Shown: piece after piece, positions 56,741 through 64,000 of the stretch
Numbering within the stretch: position 1 is the first letter of the stretch
Layout of the letters: each line of letters opens with the position of its first letter
Source of the DNA: Candidatus Latescibacterota bacterium
Lineage (GTDB): Bacteria; Latescibacterota; UBA2968; UBA8231
Assembly: GCA_965221775.1 (NCBI GenBank)
Contig: CBDCSU010000004.1
Span: 1,024,001 to 1,088,000 of the forward strand
Direction: 5' to 3'
Length of the DNA: 64,000 nt
Position numbers and translations under genes: made by a program
Notes under the pieces: model-generated
Database searches by the model: none
The model's input: only the letters and a program-made list of their open reading frames with translations
What the model was told of the DNA's origin: nothing

Positions 56741-58375
56741 TCACAGGTACCTGGCCACCCTCTCCTCGGCCTTTGTCATCACCTCGACGACGGCGGGCCG
56801 GCCCTCGCGGTTCGCGGCCACGGCGCGCCCGATGGCGGCGCGGACCTCGCCGGGCTGGTCCACCCGCTCGGCGTGGGCCCCCAGCTCCCGCGCCACCCCG
56901 GAGTAGCAGCCGCCGAGGCGATCGACCCCGTGCACGCGGCTGGCCTCGGGCAGGTTCTTGTCGTAGTGGGTCATGACGCCGTTGTTGAGGACCACCGTCA
57001 GGATGGGGATCTCGGCGCGCACCGCCGTCTCCACGTCCATGCCGGCCATGCCGAAGGCGGCGTCGCCCATGACGTTGATCACCGTCTTCTCCGGCGCTGC
57101 CAGCTTGGCGCCCAGGGCCAGCCCGAGACCGTATCCGAGCTGCGTCGACTTGCCCCAGCCGAGGTAACCCCTCGGGGTCATCGTCCGCCACATGGGCAGC
57201 AGCTGGTCGCGCGGATACCCGGAGTCGTGGGTGACGATCGCATCCGCCGGCGGCACGGCCGCGGCCATTTCGGTGAACACGCGGTAGGGGTTGATGGGGA
57301 CCTCGTCGGAGAGCAGCAGCGGCCGCCACTGGTCCTCGAACTCCCTGCGGACCTCGGCCACGGCGGCAGCCACCGGCCGGCGGTCCCGGCCCTCCTCCCC
57401 GGCCTGGCGGCGGACCTCCTCCGTCATCTGACCGAGGACGAGACGGGCGTCGCCGAGGGCGCCGTGGTCGACGGCGTGGTCCCGGTCGAGGTCTGCCGGA
57501 TCGTTGGTGACCTGGGCGATGACCGCCTGCTCGGACAGGGGATAGGCGAAGGTCGACTTCGTCAGGCTCGAGCCGATGGCGAGGACGAAGTCCGCCCTCT
57601 CCAGGAAGCGCGCCGCCATGAGCGTCCCCGAGTGCCCTCCCGTGCCCAGGGCCAGCTCATGGTCCTCCGGGAAGACGCCCTTGGCGGCCATGGTCGTCAT
57701 CACCGGCACCGCCGCCAGCTCGGCGAAGGCGGCCAGCTCGTCCCAGGCCCGGGCCCACAGGGTCCCGTGGCCGGCGAGGATCACCGGGCGCTCGGCCCGC
57801 AGCAGGGCGGCCACGAGATCGCGCACGTCGTCCTCGTCCCCCTTCGACCGGCGCTCCCGCGGCGGCTCGTACTCGAAGTCCGGGGCCTCCTCGCCGCCCA
57901 GGTCGGCGGGGATCTCCACCAGCACCGGGCCCGGCCGGCCGTGGCGCATCTGCGAGAAGGCGACGCGCATCAGCTCCGGGACGCGCCCCGGCAGGTTGAT
58001 GTTGGCCGCCCACTTGGTGACCCGCCGGTAGCCGAGAGCGGCCTCGAAGTTCGGGTGGGCCTGGGTGCGGTCCACCGGCGGCCCCCCGGGCAGCAGCAGC
58101 AGCGGGATCGAGTCGGCGAAGGCCTGGGCCGACCCCGGGTAGGCGTTCTCCGCCCCCGGCCCCTGCTGCATGGTGAAGACGCCGAAGGCCTCGCGGTTGC
58201 GCACCCGGCTGAAGCCGTCGGCCATGTTGACGCCGGTGCGCTCGGTGCGGGTGATGATGGGACGGATCCCGGCGACGGTGACCGCGTCGATCAGGGTCTG
58301 CTGGGGGAAGGCGGCGACCCACTCCACCCCCTCGGCCTTCAGGATCCGCGCGATGCTGTCGTTGACTGTCGCCAT
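56741..58375 (-). CDS. Thiamine pyrophosphate-requiring enzyme (acetolactate synthase-like family)
   Basis: RTERTGVNMADG, QGPGAEN, GRPGPV, TPP motif GDAAFGM...LNN. Confidence 0.9.
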   Translation of the reverse strand: MATVNDSIARILKAEGVEWVAAFPQQTLIDAVTVAGIRPIITRTERTGVNMADGFSRVRNREAFGVFTMQQGPGAENAYPGSAQAFADSIPLLLLPGGPPVDRTQAHPNFEAALGYRRVTKWAANINLPGRVPELMRVAFSQMRHGRPGPVLVEIPADLGGEEAPDFEYEPPRERRSKGDEDDVRDLVAALLRAERPVILAGHGTLWARAWDELAAFAELAAVPVMTTMAAKGVFPEDHELALGTGGHSGTLMAARFLERADFVLAIGSSLTKSTFAYPLSEQAVIAQVTNDPADLDRDHAVDHGALGDARLVLGQMTEEVRRQAGEEGRDRRPVAAAVAEVRREFEDQWRPLLLSDEVPINPYRVFTEMAAAVPPADAIVTHDSGYPRDQLLPMWRTMTPRGYLGWGKSTQLGYGLGLALGAKLAAPEKTVINVMGDAAFGMAGMDVETAVRAEIPILTVVLNNGVMTHYDKNLPEASRVHGVDRLGGCYSGVARELGAHAERVDQPGEVRAAIGRAVAANREGRPAVVEVMTKAEERVARYL

Positions 58376-58444
58376 GCGAGGGACTCCTATCGCTTCGTTT
58401 TCGTATGATAGCCGGCCCCTCAACCAATCACCTTTGACGAAGGG

Positions 58445-59464
58445 ATGCCAGCCTTGAAGGCCATTCTCTGCGGACTCGGCGGACGCGGGCGCCATTGGCT
58501 CGAGGCCTGCCGCGAGTACGACGGCGTCGACCTGGCCGCCGTGGTCGAGCCCGCCCCGGCCAACCGGGAACGGGCCCTCACCGAGCTCGACGTGGCCGAG
58601 GACCTCCTCTTCGACGACCTGACCGCCGCCGCCGATGCCGTGGAAGCCGACTTCGTCCTCGACGTGACCCCGCCCGCCGTGCACGAGCGCATCGCCCTCG
58701 CCGCCTTCGAGGCCGGCCTCCACCTGCTCGGAGAGAAGCCGCTGAGCGACGACTTCGCCGCCGCCCGGCGCATCGTCGAGGCCGGCCGCCGCTCCGGCCG
58801 GCGCCACATGATCACCCAGAACTACCGCTTCAACCCCCAGCCGCGGACGACGCGCCGGCTCCTCGACGAGGGCCTCATCGGCGACTGCGCCCAGCTCGAC
58901 GTCTCCCTCTACGTGAGCTGGGCCGACAACCCCGGCAGCCACTACGTCACCGAGCCCTACATGTTCCTCACCGACATGGGCATCCACCACTTCGACATGA
59001 TGCGCTACACCCTCGGCCGCGAGCCGCTGAGCGTGCGCGCCGTCACCTGGAACCTGCCCTGGGGATGGCACCGGGGCGACGCCTGCCAGCTGATCCTGTT
59101 CCGCTTCGAGGACGGCGTCGTGGCCACCCACCGCGGCATCGGCTGCACCGTGGGCCACGCCCCCGGCGGCCACAACGGCGAGTGGCGCTTCGAAGGTCCG
59201 GCGGGGACCCTGACCTGGGAGGGCTCCCGGCTCTTCCACACCCACGCCCACAGGGCCGACCCGCGGGTTCGGGAGCAGTTGAGCCTCGACCGCGCAGGCC
59301 CGGAGAAGCGCCATCCCGTGCTCCACGAGTTCGTCAGCGCCCTGAGGGAGGACCGCGAGCCCGAGTGCAGCGCCGGGGACAACCTCAAGTCGATGGCCAT
59401 GGTCTTCGGCGCCGTGACCAGCGCCCGGCAGGACGGCGCCGAGATCGACCTGGAGGAGCTATGA
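58445..59464 (+). CDS. Gfo/Idh/MocA oxidoreductase
   Basis: CGLGGRG, GEKPL, QNYRF, DMGIHHFD. Confidence 0.9.
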   Translation: MPALKAILCGLGGRGRHWLEACREYDGVDLAAVVEPAPANRERALTELDVAEDLLFDDLTAAADAVEADFVLDVTPPAVHERIALAAFEAGLHLLGEKPLSDDFAAARRIVEAGRRSGRRHMITQNYRFNPQPRTTRRLLDEGLIGDCAQLDVSLYVSWADNPGSHYVTEPYMFLTDMGIHHFDMMRYTLGREPLSVRAVTWNLPWGWHRGDACQLILFRFEDGVVATHRGIGCTVGHAPGGHNGEWRFEGPAGTLTWEGSRLFHTHAHRADPRVREQLSLDRAGPEKRHPVLHEFVSALREDREPECSAGDNLKSMAMVFGAVTSARQDGAEIDLEEL

Positions 59465-60264
59465 GAGAGCTGGAAGGCAAGACCGCCGTGGTCACGGGCG
59501 CCGCCCAGGGCCTCGGCCTGGCCACCGCCGGGGAGCTGGCCCGCCGGGGCGCCCGCGTGGTCCTCGCCGACCTGCAGGCCGACGCCGCGGCAGAGCACGC
59601 GAAGCGCCTGGCCGCCGATGGCCTGGCGGCCGAGGCCCGCGCCCTCGACGTGACCGACAGCGCCGCCGTGGGTGACGCCCTGGGTTCCCTGGAGCGCCTC
59701 GACATCCTGGTCAACTCCGCCGGCGTGGGCCAGCGGGTCCTGCCGGTATCGGAACTGCCCGACGATGAATGGGACCGGGTCCTGGCCGTGACCCTCACCG
59801 GCACCTTCTACTGCTGCCGGGCGGGGGCAGCGGTCATGGAGCGCCAGGAATCGGGCGCCATCGTCAACTTCGCCTCCATCAACGGCCAGAACCCCGCCGC
59901 CCTCGTAGCCGCCTACAACGTCGCCAAAGCCGGGGTCATCTCCCTGACCCGCACCATGGCGCAGGAGCTGGCCGCCTACGGCGTGCGCGTCAACGCCGTG
60001 GCCCCGGGTCCGGTCTACACGGAGTTCAACCAGAGCAACATGGCGCAGCGGTCGGCCTCCCTCGGGATCACCGAGGAGGAGATGATCGAGCGCGTGCGCA
60101 AGGCGATCCCCCTCGGCCGCTGGGGGGAGCCGGAGGATATCGCCCGGACGGTGGCCTTCCTGTGCGGCCCGGAGAGCGCCTGGATGACGGGGGAGGTGGT
60201 GCGCGTCAGCGGCGGGATGGAGGGGGTGTCGGCGGCGCCGCCGAAGCGGCCCTCGGCCCGCTAG
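59461..60264 (+). CDS. SDR-family NAD(P)-dependent oxidoreductase
   Basis: TGAAQGLG, VNSAG, YNVAK, NAVAPG; ATGA overlap. Confidence 0.93.
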   Translation: MRELEGKTAVVTGAAQGLGLATAGELARRGARVVLADLQADAAAEHAKRLAADGLAAEARALDVTDSAAVGDALGSLERLDILVNSAGVGQRVLPVSELPDDEWDRVLAVTLTGTFYCCRAGAAVMERQESGAIVNFASINGQNPAALVAAYNVAKAGVISLTRTMAQELAAYGVRVNAVAPGPVYTEFNQSNMAQRSASLGITEEEMIERVRKAIPLGRWGEPEDIARTVAFLCGPESAWMTGEVVRVSGGMEGVSAAPPKRPSAR

Positions 60265-60504
60265 CAGATCCGTCGGTCGGAGGCGGGCGATGGCTCCACG
60301 GAGGCCCCAGTACTACCCTGGCGGCCCCAGGTTCACTTTCTCTATCGCAAGAGCACGGCCTTTCCGAACAAAGAGTTGGTATGACCCAGATGCCCGAGAC
60401 ATCCTGGCCGAGCTTGCACAGGTGGCGCCGCGATTCAGCCCCTTGCAGGAGGCCTGCAAGACTGCGTGAAGGAAGTGAGCTCATCGTGAAGAGCACATCC
60501 CCAC

Positions 60505-61008
60505 ATGAACGCTGACGTCATCAGTCTGGTGATGCGCCTCCGGGTAGCTGTAGGCTACCTCGGAGAAAAGGACCAGAAGGGCTGGTGGACGAGTTCCTTC
60601 CTGAGCCCAACAAGCAAGCCCTTCCTGTCGCCCGTATTCCCACGCACCTTCGCGCTGGCGCAGCTCCATGGCGTTACCGCAGCGGCGGCGGCCGTACACG
60701 ACGATCGGATCGGCGTAGGAGACGTGTTTCATCTGTTTCGCCTGCCTGAGGGCATGGAGGAGAGCCTCCATCGGCTTGGGAATGAGCCTATTTCAGCGGC
60801 GATAGCAGAGATCACAGCAGACCAGAACGCCGCCTCGCTGCTTGAGGAGGTGGCGTGCGAGGCCAGGAGTTCGTCAGCCGGGCCGGTGCGGATAGGCACT
60901 GTGGGTACCCTCCGGCGCAAGGCGGTCTGGGGAAATGTGGCCAGCAACTACCTTGAAGGGTTCCATGGGGACAAGGGGACCTTCCCTTACTTCACGGGGA
61001 AGAAGTGA
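60505..61008 (+). CDS. brxE: BrxE-family BREX protein
   Basis: LRVAVGYLGE..GWW.SSFL, VFPRT, HDDRIGVG..FHLFRLP pattern recalled for BrxE family; first gene before brxA/B/C. Confidence 0.75.
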   Translation: MNADVISLVMRLRVAVGYLGEKDQKGWWTSSFLSPTSKPFLSPVFPRTFALAQLHGVTAAAAAVHDDRIGVGDVFHLFRLPEGMEESLHRLGNEPISAAIAEITADQNAASLLEEVACEARSSSAGPVRIGTVGTLRRKAVWGNVASNYLEGFHGDKGTFPYFTGKK

Positions 61009-61790
61009 CGCGGGGACCCTACACTGCCCAGCTTCAGGCGGGGCTTGGGATGGTCGAGGAGACACGGGTTCTTCTGGGACTCTGGAAGCCGGGCATGAGT
61101 GCCACGAGCCTCAAAGTCATGGCTGTAGAATCCGGCGAGTTCCCCGGCATGTCTGCGCGCCGGGTGCGGAACCTAGTCGTGGAGTGCTTCGCGCCTCGCT
61201 TCCTGGCTGCGAACGGCCGCCTCGCGCTGTTCCTCAAGTCCCTCAAGGTGGCGTTGTCACCGAGAGAGCTCGAACAAATTCTGTTCGTCGCGGCATGTCG
61301 CGCGAACGCGATTCTTGCGGACTTCGTCCTGGAAGTCTACTGGCCCTCCTATGCCGCGGGCGCCACATCACTCGGGAACGAGCAAGCACAGGAGTTTGTT
61401 TCAGCGGCGTGTCAAGCTGGTGCAACGACAAGGCCATGGTCAGACTCCACGATACGGCACGTTGCCGCACGTCTGACCGGTGCGTGCGCGGACTTTGGGC
61501 TGCTGGAGCGAGGCCGCAAGACGGTGCGCGCTCTGCAACCCTTTCGTATGGAACCCCGTGCCGCTATCGCACTGGCGTACGAGCTGCATTTCTCCGGCCT
61601 GGGAGACAACGCCGTCGTCGGTCACACTGACTGGACGCTGTTCGGATTGGAGCGACCGGACGTGGTCGACATGATTCGCCGCCTGTCCCTGAAGGACGTC
61701 TTTGTGGTACAGACGGCTGGTGACGCCATCCGTATCGGATGGAGATACGGGGATCCAGAGGAACTGACGAGTGGCATCCCTGAGAGCTGA
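61005..61790 (+). CDS. brxA: BrxA (DUF1819) BREX protein
   Basis: WSDSTIRHVA...CADFGLLE, LAYELHF, DWTLFGL; GTGA-coupled to brxE. Confidence 0.8.
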   Translation: MTRGPYTAQLQAGLGMVEETRVLLGLWKPGMSATSLKVMAVESGEFPGMSARRVRNLVVECFAPRFLAANGRLALFLKSLKVALSPRELEQILFVAACRANAILADFVLEVYWPSYAAGATSLGNEQAQEFVSAACQAGATTRPWSDSTIRHVAARLTGACADFGLLERGRKTVRALQPFRMEPRAAIALAYELHFSGLGDNAVVGHTDWTLFGLERPDVVDMIRRLSLKDVFVVQTAGDAIRIGWRYGDPEELTSGIPES

Positions 61791-62343
61791 CTTCCAGGAA
61801 TTGCTCGAACGGATCCGGCATGGCCGTGATCTGGGCCACGCAAGCTTCGAGCCCGTCTACTACCTCGTGTTCTCGCCAACCCAGATCATCGAGGTGAAGC
61901 GCTCGATGCCGGCTTGGCAAGCTCGCCTGTACCACGAGGGTTGGGAGGTACACACCTTCTCGATCTCCGAGCATGTTATGGACATCCTGACAACAGCCCC
62001 GGCCCGCAAGGTGTGGCTGGAGGCAGACCGAAGGGCGCCACAGAACTTCGACAGGACCAACGCAGCACTGGCGAATGCTCTATCCCAGGGCGCTCTCCAA
62101 GACCGTCTCCAGACGGCCTTGGCTGACTTAGACGGGCAGGAGAAGGCTCTCATGCTAGTGACCGATCTCGAGGCCCTTCACCCGTATATGCGAATCGGCG
62201 CTATCGAGAGCGCCCTGTACGGCAAGTTCACCGTGCCAACGGTCTTCCTGTATCCTGGGGAAAGAACCGGTAAAACACGCCTGAAGTTCCTCGGGTTCTA
62301 CCCGGAGGACGGGAACTACCGCTCCGTACACGTAGGCGGCTAA
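61771..62343 (+). CDS. brxB: BrxB (DUF1788) BREX protein
   Basis: DLEALHPYMR, VFLYPG, LKFLG, GNYRS; between brxA and brxC. Confidence 0.8.
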   Translation: MASLRADFQELLERIRHGRDLGHASFEPVYYLVFSPTQIIEVKRSMPAWQARLYHEGWEVHTFSISEHVMDILTTAPARKVWLEADRRAPQNFDRTNAALANALSQGALQDRLQTALADLDGQEKALMLVTDLEALHPYMRIGAIESALYGKFTVPTVFLYPGERTGKTRLKFLGFYPEDGNYRSVHVGG

Positions 62344-62362
62344 CGCAACAGAGGGCCCGACC

Positions 62363-64000
62363 ATGCAGATCAAGAACCTGTTCGATTCTTCGAGAGATAT
62401 CTACCGCTCGATCGAGAAGGTCATCACCTACAGTGCCGATCAAGAGGCGCGACTCAAGGCGGAGATCAGCGAGTACGTCGTCACCGAGAGCATCGAGGAG
62501 CAGTTCGAGACGCTCCTCACCCGCATGCAGGAGGCACTGGACGCTGGCGGTGAGAACGAGGTCGGTGTTTGGGTATCGGGCTTCTATGGCTCGGGCAAGA
62601 GCTCGTTCACCAAGTATGTGGGTCTGGCTCTGGACGAGAGCAAGACCATCGATGGAACACCATTCCTGAGGCACCTGCAGGACAGACTGAACCGGCCACA
62701 GACACGAGCCCTGCTGTCTACAGTGGCTAACCGGCATTCAGCAGCCGTGGTCATGTTGGATCTAGCCAGCTCCATGTTGACCGGTGCGACCATGGAGAGT
62801 GTGTCAACCGTTCTCTACTACAAGGTGCTGCAGTGGGCCGGATACTCACGGAACCTGAAGGTCGCCGCGTTCGAACGGAAGCTGAAGAAGGATGGCCGCT
62901 ACGACGAATTCAAGACTCGGATTGAGAGTGTCCTGGGTTCTCCGTGGGTTGAGGTGCAGAACGACCCCCTCGTTACCGACAGTCTGATTCCCGATCTGGC
63001 TCACAAATTCTACCCCGCTTTGTTCACCACCCCCGATGCGTTCCACACGGAGACGAGCGACATCGTCCAGTTTGAGGACGAGCGTGTCGAGGAGATGCTC
63101 AGCATCGTCCGTGAGACGACTGGTAAGGAGTTCGTTGTCTTTATCATCGACGAGGTCGGGCAGTATGTCGGTTCCCGGGACCATCTTATCCTGAACCTGG
63201 ACGGACTGGCGAAGAACCTGAAGGCCATCGGTGATGGGAAGGCATGGATCATCGGGACGGCGCAGCAGACGCTGACCGAAGACGATCCTCGTGCGGCGCT
63301 CAACTCGCCGGAGCTCTTCAAGCTGAGTGCACGGTTCCCCATCCAGATCGACCTCGAATCGAGCGACATCAAGGAAATCTGCTACCGGCGGCTTCTTGGC
63401 AAATCGCCGGAGGGCCAGACCACTCTTGAGGGCTTATTCGAGAAGCACGGGCAGGAGCTGCGGCACAACACGAAACTACAGGATGCCCGGTACTACGATG
63501 CCGAGTTTGGCAATGAGGCCTTCGTCAATCTCTACCCATTTCTTCCTGCTCACTTCGATATCTTGCTGCACCTTCTCGGGGCGCTGGCCAAGTCCACCGG
63601 GGGCATAGGCCTGCGTTCCGCCATCAAGGTGATCCAAGACATTCTCGTGGAAGGCCCGGATGATCAGGAGCCCGCGGCCGACCGGCCTGTGGGTTGGCTC
63701 GCCACGACCGTGACGCTGTACGATGCCCTTGAGAAGGACATCCGCAGGGCCTTCCCATCCATCCATCGCGCTGTTGGCAAGGTGGTGCTCCGCTTCCCCG
63801 ACTCACCGGTCCACTTGGATGTAGGGAAGACGGTTGCGGCGCTACAGATTCTGAGCAACATGCCGGTCACAACGCAGAACGTTGCGGCCCTCCTGCACCC
63901 CAGCACCGACGCTTCTTCTCAGCAGGAGACCGTCGAGACCACGGTCGCCGACCTTCTGAAGGATGCCCTCGTGCCGTTCGCAGAGCGGGACGGTAGCCTC
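62363..64000 (+). CDS. brxC: BREX P-loop ATPase BrxC (runs off window)
   Basis: Not in ORF track (no stop in window). Manual translation MQIKNLFDSSRDIYRSIEKVITY, EISEYVVT, Walker A GVWVSGFYGSGKS, Walker B FIIDEVGQY, GTAQQ. Confidence 0.9.
   Translation, partial: MQIKNLFDSSRDIYRSIEKVITYSADQEARLKAEISEYVVTESIEEQFETLLTRMQEALDAGGENEVGVWVSGFYGSGKSSFTKYVGLALDESKTIDGTPFLRHLQDRLNRPQTRALLSTVANRHSAAVVMLDLASSMLTGATMESVSTVLYYKVLQWAGYSRNLKVAAFERKLKKDGRYDEFKTRIESVLGSPWVEVQNDPLVTDSLIPDLAHKFYPALFTTPDAFHTETSDIVQFEDERVEEMLSIVRETTGKEFVVFIIDEVGQYVGSRDHLILNLDGLAKNLKAIGDGKAWIIGTAQQTLTEDDPRAALNSPELFKLSARFPIQIDLESSDIKEICYRRLLGKSPEGQTTLEGLFEKHGQELRHNTKLQDARYYDAEFGNEAFVNLYPFLPAHFDILLHLLGALAKSTGGIGLRSAIKVIQDILVEGPDDQEPAADRPVGWLATTVTLYDALEKDIRRAFPSIHRAVGKVVLRFPDSPVHLDVGKTVAALQILSNMPVTTQNVAALLHPSTDASSQQETVETTVADLLKDALVPFAERDGSL

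Noticed and set aside
60265-60504. att site, tRNA or IS end at the BREX island border
   Set aside because: No tRNA fold, integrase or terminal repeat pair visible; the other border is outside the window.

Overview
High-GC bacterial chromosomal window, mostly housekeeping and accessory metabolic genes with two apparently foreign segments. From left to right: (1) an hrcA-grpE-dnaJ heat-shock cluster with no dnaK; (2) rpiA, ilvD and small enzymes; (3) a lipid locus, in which a 1397-aa ElbD-like protein (reductase, adenylation, carrier, acyltransferase domains) is co-oriented with lgt and divergent from a lipid kinase plus a permuted Mla/Mce-type transporter carrying an extra predicted outer-membrane protein; (4) a DUF3604 / GT3-like glycosyltransferase / lipoprotein / cysteine desulfurase run, then nadC; (5) a ~2000-aa repeat-rich autotransporter-like adhesin behind an ~840-bp non-coding region; (6) four PhyH-like Fe/2OG oxygenases, three with HxA/HxG instead of HxD (a halogenase-like signature); (7) a frameshifted sulfatase, a LysR-purA-HAD module, a higher-order intergenic repeat and recQ; (8) the start of a lower-GC BREX defence locus (brxE-brxA-brxB-brxC) running off the right edge. 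The gene content (many PhyH, Gfo/Idh/MocA, sulfatase, ankyrin, Calx-beta-type adhesin) is reminiscent of sponge-associated diderm bacteria, but that is inference. I saw no rRNA, tRNA, CRISPR array, integrase or transposase. All calls are from motif reading by eye; no searches were run.
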